Below, in pieces: positions 1 to 9,345 of a DNA stretch of 64,000 nucleotides (position 1 is its first letter; every line of letters starts with the position of its first letter). Both the position numbers and the translations under genes were made by a program. The notes beneath the pieces are model-generated. The model searched no databases. It saw nothing but the letters and a program-made list of their open reading frames with translations, and was not told the origin of the DNA. The stretch spans positions 1,024,001-1,088,000 of the forward strand of contig OZ245777.1 of assembly GCA_965227775.1 (NCBI GenBank), written 5' to 3'. The DNA comes from Phycisphaerales bacterium (GTDB lineage Bacteria; Planctomycetota; Phycisphaerae; Phycisphaerales; UBA1924).

Positions 1-748
1 CGTCGCAGCCAGTCGCCTGCATCATGTCGACGGCGTCCTGCGCGGTGCGCACGTCGCCATTGCCAATGACCGGGATGGTCGGGTGCGCGTCCTTCACGGT
101 GCGCACGACGCGGGCGATGTCCTCGCGCCGGCAGTCGCCGCGGAATTTCATCTCGGTCGTGCGCCCGTGCACGGTGATCGCGCTCACGCCGACATCGACG
201 AGCCCGAGTGCGAGCTGGCCCGCAACGCCATCAGCGCAGTCCTGCTCGCTCCAGCCCAGCCGCATCTTCGCTGTCAGCGGCACATGGTCGGGGAGCGCCG
301 CGCGCACCGCCTCGGCGATCGCGATGGCGTTTGGTACATCGCACATCAGCTTGCTGCCGCCGTCCTTCTTGCAGACCTTGTCCACCGGGCAGCCCATGTT
401 GATATCGACGATCGTCGCGCCGTGGTCGGCCGCCCAGCGGGCCCCCTCGGCCATGATGCCCGGGTCGGCCCCGTAGAGCTGCATGCCCACCGGCTTGTCC
501 TCGGCGTTGGTACGGGCCAGGTCGAGGCTGGCCGCCGAGCCTCGGAGGAGGCCCTGCGGGCTGAGCAGGTCGGTGCAGGCCAGTCCCACGCCGCCCCAAT
601 CCCGGCAGGTCAGGCGAAACGCCAGGTCGCAGTAGTTGGCTATGGGTGCAAGGAGCAGGTTCGTCGTAAGTTCAACGCCGCCAATGACTAACGACCGACC
701 GATGGCCGGGTTTTGCTCGGAAATAGGGTGAGCAGCGATGGCGGACAC
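1..748 (-). CDS. dusB: tRNA-dihydrouridine synthase (DusB-like); 3' end runs off the window
   Basis: Manual translation from GTG at 748 gives NLLLAPIANYCDLAFR, QLYG, DINMGCPVDKVCKKDGGSKLM, VTVHGRT and PVIGNGDV, which are Dus signature motifs. Not in the ORF track because it is open-ended. Confidence 0.9.
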   Translation of the reverse strand, partial: MSAIAAHPISEQNPAIGRSLVIGGVELTTNLLLAPIANYCDLAFRLTCRDWGGVGLACTDLLSPQGLLRGSAASLDLARTNAEDKPVGMQLYGADPGIMAEGARWAADHGATIVDINMGCPVDKVCKKDGGSKLMCDVPNAIAIAEAVRAALPDHVPLTAKMRLGWSEQDCADGVAGQLALGLVDVGVSAITVHGRTTEMKFRGDCRREDIARVVRTVKDAHPTIPVIGNGDVRTAQDAVDMMQATGCD

Positions 749-784
749 GCCCCAATCCTACCGGGAAGATCGCCATCGACTTTG

Positions 785-831
785 GTTGTAACGCATTCTC
801 AATGCACGTAGTATTGAAAGCGCAGTCTCAT
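785..831. promoter_or_regulatory. Two tandem Fur-family-like operator boxes upstream of the prepilin/HEGD operon
   Basis: GTTGTAACGCATTCTCAAT (785-803) matches the palindrome at 29395-29413 at 16/19 positions. A second copy, TTGAAAGCGCAGTCTCAT (814-831), shares CGCAGTCTCA. Confidence 0.65.
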
Positions 832-854
832 GTAGTTCTCGTTTGGAGGCATTG

Positions 855-1676
855 ATGCCCGAACGCCGTCGCCAGCCCATGGCCAGGACGCCCCGCGCGT
901 TCACGCTCATCGAGTTGCTCGTGGTCATCGCGATCATCGCGGTGCTCATCGGCATCCTGCTGCCGGCGTTGGGCCAGGCCCGGGCCACGGCCCGCGGCGC
1001 GGTGTGCCTGAGCCAGGTCCGCTCGCTCGGGCTCGCCCAGCGGATGTACGCCGACGACAACAAGGGCGCGTTCGTCGACGCCGGCCTCGCCCACGGTGGC
1101 ATCGCCGACATTCCCAATTCCTGGCCCGTGTTGCTGGCCGACTACACCGAGAACGGCGTGGCTATCCGCTCGCCGGTCGATCGCAGCCCGTTCTGGTCGA
1201 TCGAGGAGGGTGGCCAGTTCGAGGGCATGTCGTTCGCCGAAGCCCTGCGACGCGTGCGCGCAGGCGAGACGAGCGGCCTGGGAGAGCTCGCCCGCTGGAC
1301 GAGCTACGGCCTGAACAACTACACGACGCGCAGCGTGTCGCCGTCACCCGACCAGACGTACGACGCCGATCGACTGATAGACCGCCCCTACGCCACCGTG
1401 CAGTGGCTGATGATGACATTCGGCGAAAGCGACGCGACGTCCGACTTCGCGCGCACCGACCACGTGCACGCCGAGGACTGGGGCGCGGCGCCCGGCGGGC
1501 GCATCCCGCTGCGTGCTTCCCTTGAGGCCCAGATCAATGCCCATGGCGGCAAGCCCGGCGACTGGTCGGCAAAGGCGGCGTACGGCTATCTCGATGGGCA
1601 CGCATCCATCGAGAAGTTTGAGAACGTGTATGAGAGTTTTGAGAAGAACCGCTTCGACCCGCGAGTGGCGCAGTAA
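855..1676 (+). CDS. Prepilin-type N-methylation protein, DUF1559/H-X9-DG-like family
   Basis: [30 protein letters not shown]...C..Q..G.A..MY.DD; C-terminal HGG...[17 protein letters not shown] at 845-849. Confidence 0.9.
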   Translation: MPERRRQPMARTPRAFTLIELLVVIAIIAVLIGILLPALGQARATARGAVCLSQVRSLGLAQRMYADDNKGAFVDAGLAHGGIADIPNSWPVLLADYTENGVAIRSPVDRSPFWSIEEGGQFEGMSFAEALRRVRAGETSGLGELARWTSYGLNNYTTRSVSPSPDQTYDADRLIDRPYATVQWLMMTFGESDATSDFARTDHVHAEDWGAAPGGRIPLRASLEAQINAHGGKPGDWSAKAAYGYLDGHASIEKFENVYESFEKNRFDPRVAQ

Positions 1677-1698
1677 GCGCCAACCAAGGAGATTCGCG

Positions 1699-2459
1699 AT
1701 GAGAAGACTGATTGTGTTTACGAGCGCTCTGCTGGCGACCGCCGCAACGGCCCAGACACACGAGGGCGACATCGTCATCACCGGCGAGCGAGGCGTGATC
1801 GAGACCGGTTTCGCCGACGCAGGTACGCCCGTGTACGGCCGCCGCGTGTTTGATACCGAATTCGGCAAGCTACCCAATTGGACGAACGATCCGGGCTTCG
1901 ATTCGCCCGTTGATGCGTTCGCCTCGCGCGCTTCGCTCGGCTTTGACGTGCTCGCTCCCGTGCTCGCGTGGGACGGCGGCGCCTTTACCGACGTTGCCGA
2001 CTCGCAAATCCTGATCAGCAAGGGCCCGGTCTCGATCACGACACCGCTGGTGGGTGAGCAGCCCGGCTTTGTGTTCGGCACGGCCAGCACCACGGGCAAG
2101 TTCCACCATCACCTCGCGTTCGAGCTGCTCGCCCCGGCCAGCGATGGCGTGTACCTCCTCGAGATGGCGCTTTGGCAAGAGGGGGGCGCGGTGGAGGGAA
2201 GCGCCCCTTCTTCCTTGTCTTTGGCCAGAACGCGAGCCCCGACGACCTGGCCGACGCGGTGGCGTGGGTCGAGGCGACGCTGATCGGCGTGCCCTGCCGG
2301 GCAGACATGGACGGCGATGGATCGCTGACCATCTTCGACTTCCTGGCATTCCAGAATCTATTCGACGCGGGCGATCTCGCGGCGGACTTCGATGGCGACG
2401 GATCGCTGACCATTTTCGATTTCCTGAGTTTCCAGAATGAGTTCGACGCGGGCTGCTGA
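1699..2459 (+). pseudogene. Secreted HEGD-domain protein with C-terminal GC-type dockerin; 1-bp frameshift at the C4 run 2204-2207 (possibly an assembly error)
   Basis: Signal peptide followed by THEGDIV...NDPGF...HHHLAF. Adding one C joins EGSAP to FFLVFG...CRADMDGDGSLTIFDFLAFQNLFDAG...GC. AAGGAG RBS. Confidence 0.8.
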
Positions 2460-2489
2460 TCGCCCGGAGAGAAGAAGAGGAGTAGTTTC

Positions 2490-3143
2490 ATGCGTGCAGC
2501 AATCCTGAGTGTTTCGGCCCTTGCCATTGCCGCCGGCACCGCCATCGCCCACGAGGGCGACGTCGGCCTGGTCATCACCGATGGCCGCATTGTCACCGGC
2601 ATCGTCGAGGACGGTCCGGGCGGCGAGTTCGTCATCCCCGGCCAGCGCGTGTTCGCCGGTGAGATGTTCGATTTTGGCGGCCGCATCTATGCGGATGGCC
2701 CCGGCTTGTTCGCGGCTGCGGGCGAGTTCCCCGATAGCGACCTGATCTTCGACTTCGCCAGCCCCGTGCAGCGCTGGGACGGCTCGACCTTCGTCAGCGC
2801 CTCGCAGACCTACACGCTCGAGTTTGGCCCGCTGAGCGCCACCAGCCCGCTGGCCGGCACCGCGCCGGGCTTCGGCATCGTCGTCGGCCCGGCCGGCTTC
2901 GATGAGCACTACGACTTCTACCTGAACGACCCCGAGACGGGCGTGTTCCTTCTCGCGCTCGATCTCTCGAGCAGCGACTCGAGCATCGCCGGTGCACAGA
3001 CGACCTACCTCGTGTTCAACAACGGCGAGGACGAGATGGTGCACGACGCGGCGATCGATTACGTCCAAGACGTGATCATTCCCGCGCCGGCCTCGCTCGC
3101 CGTGCTGGGCCTGGGCGCCCTGGCGATGCGTCGCCGCCGCTGA
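2490..3143 (+). CDS. PEP-CTERM-type (PAP variant) surface protein with HEGD domain; paralog of the upstream gene
   Basis: Signal peptide, then HEGDVGL; C-terminal IPAPASLAVLGLGALAMRRRR sorting signal. Confidence 0.88.
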   Translation: MRAAILSVSALAIAAGTAIAHEGDVGLVITDGRIVTGIVEDGPGGEFVIPGQRVFAGEMFDFGGRIYADGPGLFAAAGEFPDSDLIFDFASPVQRWDGSTFVSASQTYTLEFGPLSATSPLAGTAPGFGIVVGPAGFDEHYDFYLNDPETGVFLLALDLSSSDSSIAGAQTTYLVFNNGEDEMVHDAAIDYVQDVIIPAPASLAVLGLGALAMRRRR

Positions 3144-3196
3144 GTCGATGAATCGGTCTCGGAGGAGAGACCGTTCAATCCCGATTGTGTGAAGGC

Positions 3197-3234
3197 CCTC
3201 TCGTGGTACGTCGTACCCGAGAGGATCTTTTGTT
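3197..3234 (+). terminator. Probable intrinsic terminator
   Basis: CCTCTCG...CGAGAGG stem with an inner GGTAC/GTACC pair, followed by TCTTTTGTT. Confidence 0.55.
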
Positions 3235-3318
3235 ATTGATCCTGCTTGGCGTGCGCGCACCCGCGGTGCTGCCGTTGAGCATGCAGCTCCTGCCTGCCAC
3301 CGGTGACGGCGAGGTCAA

Positions 3319-3969
3319 TTAGAACCCCGGCTCACTCCGCACGTGCAGCAGCTCGCCGGAGAACGGGTCGGCAAACTCCAGGCTCCACGCGTGCAGCAGC
3401 AGGCGTGGAGCCTTGCTCGTGTCGCCGTAGAGCGGATCACCCAGGATCGGCGTGCCCAGGCCGCGCTCGTCGGCGGCGTGCACACGGAGCTGGTGGCCGC
3501 GCCCGGTGATGGGGGTGAACTCGACGCGCGTGTTTCCGTGTTCGACACCGAGCACGCGGTACCGGGTCTGGCTCGCGCGGCCGTCTTCGGCCACGATGTG
3601 CTTCGGTCGATTCGGCCAGTCGATGCGCAGCGGCAGGTCGATCAGCCCCGCGTGATCCTTCAATTCCCCCTCAACGACGGCGATGTAGCGCTTGGTCACG
3701 CGCCGATGCTCGAACACCTGGCTCATGGCCCGCTGCGCGTCGGCGTCGAGGGCGACGACGATGAGCCCGCTGGTATCCTGGTCGAGGCGGTGCACCGTCA
3801 TCGGGCCGGTCGCGTCCGGGTACATCGCCAGCACGCGGGCTCGGACACAATCGGCCTTCTCGGGGCCCTTCCCGGGCACGCTCAGCAGGCCGCTGGGCTT
3901 GTCGACCACCACGTAGCGGCCGGTATCCAGGATGATCCTGAGGAGGCTGTCGGTTGGGGCGTCCGGCAT
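3319..3969 (-). CDS. rluA: RluA-family pseudouridine synthase
   Basis: VDKPSGLLSVPG, HRLDQDTSG, TGRGHQLRVH, ILGDPLYG and RLLLHA motifs. Confidence 0.92.
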   Translation of the reverse strand: MPDAPTDSLLRIILDTGRYVVVDKPSGLLSVPGKGPEKADCVRARVLAMYPDATGPMTVHRLDQDTSGLIVVALDADAQRAMSQVFEHRRVTKRYIAVVEGELKDHAGLIDLPLRIDWPNRPKHIVAEDGRASQTRYRVLGVEHGNTRVEFTPITGRGHQLRVHAADERGLGTPILGDPLYGDTSKAPRLLLHAWSLEFADPFSGELLHVRSEPGF

Positions 3970-4047
3970 GGGGATGCACGATATACTCCCTCTCGTTGCG
4001 ACAGAGTCTCAGGTAGATGCGCTCGGGTGGCAGCCCCGGAAGGACGG

Positions 4048-5292
4048 ATGATGATCAGGAATCGGATTGGTGTGCTCGCGTGCGTCGGCCTGGCCTGCTC
4101 GTTGGCTCAGGCCCAGAACGGACATGGCAGCTATGGGCAGACCAGCCAGAGCGCCACCAGCGACTGGCGCGAGGCCGAGGCGCCCTTCCTGACCAACCAC
4201 CGCCAGCTCACCAGCCGAGACATGTTCACCCGCGCGGGCGAGGCGTACTTCAACGCGACGAGCAGCATGGTCATCTTCCAGGCCACGCCGGTTCCGCCGG
4301 AAGGCGAGTGGCCCAGCCCGCACTACGAGATGTTCGTCGCGCCGTTTACCACCGAGGGCGGCGCCGTCACTGGCATCAGCACGCCCATCCGCGTCTCCAC
4401 TGGCGGCAGCGCCAACACCTGCGGCTGGTTCCACCCCACGCAGGCCAACATCGTGCTGTTCGGCAGCACCGTCGAGCCGCCCCTGCAAGACAAAGTTCCC
4501 GGTTACCAGCGCGGAACGGGTCGTTACGCGTGGAGCTTCCCCAGCGAGATGGAGATCGTCGCTGGCAGTATCAGCTCGACAATCGTCTCGGCCGAGCACG
4601 AGAACGACTTCCACGGCCTGCGACCGGCGATCACCGACGTGGTCTTCAGCCTGCCCGGCTACACCGCCGAAGCATCGTGGAGCCCGGATGGTCGCACCAT
4701 TCTCTACGCCCAGGTCGACGAGGCCAAGAGCGACGCCGCCGGCAAGACCGACGCCGACCTGTGGGCCTTCGACACCAAGACCGGCGAGCACCATCTCCTG
4801 GTCGAGGCCGCCGGTTATGACGGCGGGCCGTTCTTCAATGCCGAGGGCACGCGCATCTGCTATCGCAGCGATCGCGAAGGCAACAACCTGCTGCAGCTGT
4901 TCGTCACAGACCTCAAGCTCAACGAAGACGGCGTGCCCGTCGGCATCACCAAGGAAACCCAGCTCACGAACAACGGTCACGTCAACTGGGCGCCCTATTG
5001 GCACCCAGACGGCGACCTGCTCGTGTACGCCAGCAGCGAGGTGAGCCACCGCAACTACGAGGTGTTCGCCATCTGGGCCGATGCCGAGAAGGGGTCCACG
5101 CCCGTGCGCATCACGCAGGCCAGCGGCGCCGACGTGCTGCCGGTCTTCAGCCCCGACGGCAAGTACCTCATGTGGACCGCCCAGCGCGGCCCGATGGCCG
5201 AGGGAGAAGAGCGCCCGAGCAGCCAGACGTGGATCGCCGAAGTGGACAGCGATGCCATCCGCCGCGCGCTGCGTGAGGCCAACGGCGGCTGA
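4048..5292 (+). CDS. Secreted TolB-like beta-propeller protein (PD40 repeats)
   Basis: Signal peptide; AGEAYF, WSPDG, GYDGGPFF, WAPYWHPDG and PVFSPDG repeats. The upstream part of the tracked ORF is the antisense of rluA. Confidence 0.85.
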   Translation: MMIRNRIGVLACVGLACSLAQAQNGHGSYGQTSQSATSDWREAEAPFLTNHRQLTSRDMFTRAGEAYFNATSSMVIFQATPVPPEGEWPSPHYEMFVAPFTTEGGAVTGISTPIRVSTGGSANTCGWFHPTQANIVLFGSTVEPPLQDKVPGYQRGTGRYAWSFPSEMEIVAGSISSTIVSAEHENDFHGLRPAITDVVFSLPGYTAEASWSPDGRTILYAQVDEAKSDAAGKTDADLWAFDTKTGEHHLLVEAAGYDGGPFFNAEGTRICYRSDREGNNLLQLFVTDLKLNEDGVPVGITKETQLTNNGHVNWAPYWHPDGDLLVYASSEVSHRNYEVFAIWADAEKGSTPVRITQASGADVLPVFSPDGKYLMWTAQRGPMAEGEERPSSQTWIAEVDSDAIRRALREANGG

Positions 5293-5316
5293 GACTCTCG
5301 CTTTGTGATCACTCGA

Positions 5317-5496
5317 TCACGGGATCACGCGCAGCAGCCACAAGATCAGCAGCACATCGATGATCAGGAACAGCACGCCCACACCCACGCGGTTCATGCG
5401 TCTGGGCTCGTGCGCGAGCGCCTCATAGATCGTCCAGATGTTGCGTAGCGCAAACACGCCAAGCGCGATCACGAACACCCACGTCAGCCAGGTCAT
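5317..5496 (-). CDS. Small two-TM membrane protein (59 aa, below the ORF-track cutoff)
   Basis: MTWLTWVFVIALGVFALRNIW...VGVGVLFLIIDVLLILWLLRVIP*, preceded by a GAAGGGAG RBS. Confidence 0.65.
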   Translation of the reverse strand: MTWLTWVFVIALGVFALRNIWTIYEALAHEPRRMNRVGVGVLFLIIDVLLILWLLRVIP

Positions 5497-5517
5497 GCCA
5501 AGCTCCCTTCGGCGAGT

Positions 5518-5979
5518 CTACCTCATCTCCTGTGCGGCCAATAGCAGCCACACGACTGCGATGAGCCCCGAGCCAACGGCATGCAGGCCCAGACTCCACA
5601 TGAGCGCCGATACCGGCCACACCGGCCTGAGGAACAACGCACGCTCTGCCGTTCCGGCTGTCAATCCACTCGACCTGTCGTCCAATGACTTGCTCAGTGC
5701 TTGCATTTCTCTGATGGCTCGCTCGATCGCGAGGAGCATGGTCGCCGTGACGTACGCGGTCACAATCCCAATGAGCGTCATCAGAATCGGTACGACCCAG
5801 CCTTCAGCAATGCTCCTGCCAGAGTCTCGCATCGCAGCAACGGCGAACGAGACAGAAAGCAAGAACGAAAGGTTCAGCCACCAGTAGACGGCCGCCCAGG
5901 CTACGAGCAATACAACGAGCACACGTACGTTGCCGTTGATCTCGCGCACGCGTACTGCGACCAAGTCCACCGCTTCCAT
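5518..5979 (-). CDS. Hypothetical membrane protein
   Basis: 153 aa with several hydrophobic segments; co-oriented with its neighbours. Confidence 0.6.
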   Translation of the reverse strand: MEAVDLVAVRVREINGNVRVLVVLLVAWAAVYWWLNLSFLLSVSFAVAAMRDSGRSIAEGWVVPILMTLIGIVTAYVTATMLLAIERAIREMQALSKSLDDRSSGLTAGTAERALFLRPVWPVSALMWSLGLHAVGSGLIAVVWLLLAAQEMR

Positions 5980-6000
5980 CGGAAACCTCTCTGATAGAGC

Positions 6001-6669
6001 CTACTTCTTCCGCGCCACCATCAGGCCCTCGCGCAGCGGCACGCAGAAGGCCTCGAAGTCTTCGTCCGCCGCCACCAGCCGGTTCACCGTGTCCGCCGCG
6101 TCGCGGCTGGCGTTCTCGCCCTGCGGCGCGTCGATCCACCAGTCGCCGCCGCCCAGCATGTTGTCGGCCACCAGCAGCCCGCCGGGTCGAAGAAGCTCCT
6201 TTGCGTGCGGCAGATAGTCCGGGTACTCGCTCTTGATGGCATCCAGGAACACCAGGTCCACCTTCCCCGCTCGCTCGCCGGCCATGCGTTCCAGCACCGG
6301 CGTGCCATACCCCCGAACCACCTCGACACGCTCCGCCACGCCCGCTTCCTCGAACATCCTCTCGGCGAAGCCCGCGTGCAACTCATTGGGCTCGACGGTC
6401 AGGAGCTTTCCGCCATCACCGAGTCCCCGAGCCAGCCAGATGCCCGAGTAGCCCGCCAGCGTCCCCACCTCGACGATCAGCCTCGCGTCCACCAGCCGGG
6501 CCAGCGCCAGCAGCATCCGCCCAACCGACGCCGACACCGCGATGTCTGGGATACCAGCCTCGATCGCCCGCGGCATCAGACCTGCGAGGTGCTCGTCCTG
6601 ACGCCCGAACACGTCGTCCAGATAGTCGCACGTGTGCTGCCAGCGTTGGGGGGTCATTTCGGTGGCCAT
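6001..6669 (-). CDS. O-methyltransferase (caffeoyl-CoA/Methyltransf_3 family)
   Basis: IVEVGTLAGYSGIWLA, DLVFLDAIK and LRPGGLLVADN motifs. Confidence 0.9.
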   Translation of the reverse strand: MATEMTPQRWQHTCDYLDDVFGRQDEHLAGLMPRAIEAGIPDIAVSASVGRMLLALARLVDARLIVEVGTLAGYSGIWLARGLGDGGKLLTVEPNELHAGFAERMFEEAGVAERVEVVRGYGTPVLERMAGERAGKVDLVFLDAIKSEYPDYLPHAKELLRPGGLLVADNMLGGGDWWIDAPQGENASRDAADTVNRLVAADEDFEAFCVPLREGLMVARKK

Positions 6670-6763
6670 ATGGGACGGTAGTGCCGAAACCCGGGCCGCG
6701 GCTTTCCAATACCATGCAAGGAGCACCCGCTGCGTCTCCAGCGAATCCGAAGGGGGAACGACC

Positions 6764-8086
6764 ATGCTTCGACGAATCACCGGACTCGCGTGCATCGCCT
6801 TCGCGCTTCCCGCACCCGCCCAAGACCTGCCCAGCCGCGGGCGCGTCGTGCCGCAGCTGGCCGAGCTCGACCGGCTCATGCAAGACACCATGACCGACAA
6901 CGGCATCAGCGCGGGTGTGCTCGCGGTTGCGTTCGATGATCGCGTGGTCTACCAGCGTTCCTTCGGTTGGCTCGATCGCGACCGCACCACGCCGCTGCCG
7001 ATGAACGCCGAGATGCGTCTGGCGAGCGTCTCCAAGCCCATCACCGCCGCCATCGTGCGCAACCTGATCGCAGACGGCATGCTCTCGGCCGCCGACAAGG
7101 CGTTCGACGTCGGCCAGCCGGGCGGAGGCATCCTGCCGGTCGATCCGTTCCCCTCGCTGGGCGATCCGCGCATCGGCGACATCACCATCACCAATCTGCT
7201 GCAGCACCGCGGCGGCTGGAACCGCGACCTGGTTGGCAACCACGCCTTCCGCGACGTGCAGATCGCAGGCGAGATGGGCGTGCCCAGCCCGCCCGGACGC
7301 GTGAACAAGATGCGTTGGATCCTGGGCCAGCCGCTCGAGTTCGCGCCCGGCACGCAGTACGCCTACGCCAACATCGGCTACCACGCGCTAGGCCTCATCA
7401 TCGAAGAGGTCACCGGCAACACCTACGAGCAAGAGGTCGAGCGTTTGTTCGAAGACCTCGGCCATCCGGGCGCCGTGCGACTTGGCCGCACGTTCGCGGC
7501 AGACCAAGGCCCGCTGGAACCCTGGTACGACCAGGAAGACATGGGCTTCGGCCAGAACGTGTTCGACCCGGCGGGCCCATTCGTCCGCTGGCCCTACGGC
7601 GGGTGGGACCAGGAGGGCGCGTCTTCGTTCGGCGGGCTCATCGCCTCGGGCGAGCCGCTGCTCGCGCTCGCCGACGCGTACATCCTCTTCGGAGGTAGCT
7701 CGGGCGTTGCGCTGCCGGGCGGCGTGGGCCCATCGTTCTTCAGCGCCCACAGCGGCTCGCTGCCGGGCACCGACACGGTGGTGTGGCAGCGCGGGCAGGG
7801 CGTGCGCGTCGCGGTGCTCTTTAACCACCGGGACATCAGCTTCAGCAGCGCCTGGGGCGTCGACGTGGCCGCCGAGATCGACCGCATGGTGCTGGCCGGG
7901 GAGATCACCGAGCCCCCCTGCGCCGCCGACATGGACGCGGACGGCGAGTTGACGATCTTCGACTTCCTCGCCTTCCAGAACCGCTTCGACGCGGGCTCGA
8001 TGGAGGCCGACTTCGACGGCGATGGGGCCCTGACCATCTTCGACTTCCTGGGCTTCCAGAACGCGTTCGATCTGGGCTGCCCATGA
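6764..8086 (+). CDS. Secreted serine hydrolase (beta-lactamase/AmpC fold) with GC-type dockerin
   Basis: Signal peptide, SxxK (LASVSKP), LLQHRGG, YxN (YANIGY), HSGSLPG; C-terminal ADMDADGELTIFDFLAFQN...GCP. Confidence 0.88.
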   Translation: MLRRITGLACIAFALPAPAQDLPSRGRVVPQLAELDRLMQDTMTDNGISAGVLAVAFDDRVVYQRSFGWLDRDRTTPLPMNAEMRLASVSKPITAAIVRNLIADGMLSAADKAFDVGQPGGGILPVDPFPSLGDPRIGDITITNLLQHRGGWNRDLVGNHAFRDVQIAGEMGVPSPPGRVNKMRWILGQPLEFAPGTQYAYANIGYHALGLIIEEVTGNTYEQEVERLFEDLGHPGAVRLGRTFAADQGPLEPWYDQEDMGFGQNVFDPAGPFVRWPYGGWDQEGASSFGGLIASGEPLLALADAYILFGGSSGVALPGGVGPSFFSAHSGSLPGTDTVVWQRGQGVRVAVLFNHRDISFSSAWGVDVAAEIDRMVLAGEITEPPCAADMDADGELTIFDFLAFQNRFDAGSMEADFDGDGALTIFDFLGFQNAFDLGCP

Positions 8087-8112
8087 CGGCGAACGTCGTT
8101 CTACCCTCGCAC

Positions 8113-9312
8113 GTGACTGTTCAGACCCCTCCCGGCTTCAGCCCCATCCCCGAGATCCTCGCCGAGCTTCGCGCCGGTCGCATGGTCGTGCTCACCGACG
8201 ACGAGACGCGTGAGAACGAGGGCGATCTCGTGCTGCCAGCCCAGTTCGCCGAGGCCGAGAACATCGGCTTCATGCTCCGCGAGGCCCGCGGCTACCTCTG
8301 CCTGAGCCTCACCGAGGCCGACTGCCGCCGGCTCGACCTCAAGCCCCAGGCCGACGTCAACACCTCCGTCCGGGGCACGCCCTTCACCGTCGCCATCGAC
8401 GGCCACCCCAAGCACGGGCTGACCACCGGCGTGAGCGCGGCCGAGCGGGCCAAGACCATCCGCCTGGCCATCGACCCGAGCTCGGCGCCGGGCGACTTCG
8501 TCCGCCCGGGCCACATCAACCCATTGCGTGCAAGAGACGGTGGCGTGCTCGTGCGCATCGGCCAGACCGAGGGCTCGATCGATCTCTGCCGCCTCGCGGG
8601 CCTCGAGCCCGCGGCGGTCATCATCGAGATCCTGAAGGACGATGGTGAGATGGCCCGCGTGCCCGACCTCGTCGAGTTCAACAAGAAGCACAACCTGAAG
8701 ATGTGCTCCATCAAGCAGCTCATCGAGCACCGCCTGCGCACCGAGAGGTTCGTCGAGCGCATGGAGCCCAAGGCCGGCACGCGTATCGACACCGCCCACG
8801 GCCCCTTCAACCTCATCGCGTTCCACAGCATCACCGACCCGCTTCCGCATCTTGCCCTGACCCTGGGCGGCGTGGGCGATCTCGATGACGCGGGCAATGT
8901 CGTCGAGCAGGCCCACCCCACGCTCGTGCGCGTCCACCGCCGCGACCTGCTCGGCGACATCTTCGCGGCAAGCCACGGAGATCGCAACGCGCGCACGATT
9001 CTCGACAGCGCGATGCGTCAACTCCAGGAAGCTGGCAAGGGCGCGTTGGTCTACCTGCGCCCCAGCGGCGGCCTCGAAACGCCGAGCGCCCACGCGAACC
9101 TCAACAATCGCCTTACCCAGCCGTTCAACCTCGACAGCGACGACAGCCCAACGAGGAGCCAGGCCGCCGGCGCACTCGAATACGGCACCGGCAGCCAGAT
9201 CGTCCGGGCCCTGGGCATCACACAGATGCGGCTGCTGACCAACAGCAATGCCGACTATCCGCAGCTCGAAGCCTTCGGACTGAGCATTACCGAGCGGATT
9301 GGTCTCGGTTAA
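8113..9312 (+). CDS. ribB: 3,4-dihydroxy-2-butanone-4-phosphate synthase fused to a degenerate GTP cyclohydrolase II domain (RibBX-type); alternative start at 8083
   Basis: DDETRENEGDL, TTGVSAAER, RPGHINPL, RIGQTEGSIDL. The C-terminal domain has VRVHRRDLLGD and lacks the Zn-binding cysteines. Confidence 0.9.
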   Translation: MTVQTPPGFSPIPEILAELRAGRMVVLTDDETRENEGDLVLPAQFAEAENIGFMLREARGYLCLSLTEADCRRLDLKPQADVNTSVRGTPFTVAIDGHPKHGLTTGVSAAERAKTIRLAIDPSSAPGDFVRPGHINPLRARDGGVLVRIGQTEGSIDLCRLAGLEPAAVIIEILKDDGEMARVPDLVEFNKKHNLKMCSIKQLIEHRLRTERFVERMEPKAGTRIDTAHGPFNLIAFHSITDPLPHLALTLGGVGDLDDAGNVVEQAHPTLVRVHRRDLLGDIFAASHGDRNARTILDSAMRQLQEAGKGALVYLRPSGGLETPSAHANLNNRLTQPFNLDSDDSPTRSQAAGALEYGTGSQIVRALGITQMRLLTNSNADYPQLEAFGLSITERIGLG

Positions 9313-9345
9313 TCGCGCCGCACGCTGGCTACGGAGGGGGAGGAG

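Noticed and set aside
3144..3300. ncRNA or riboswitch in the hairpin-rich intergenic region
   Set aside because: It lies between convergent genes. The hairpins are adequately explained as terminators and I recognise no RNA family motif.
6764..8086. Antibiotic-resistance beta-lactamase
   Set aside because: The fold and SxxK/YxN motifs are shared by many esterases and peptidases. Nothing specific supports beta-lactam hydrolysis.
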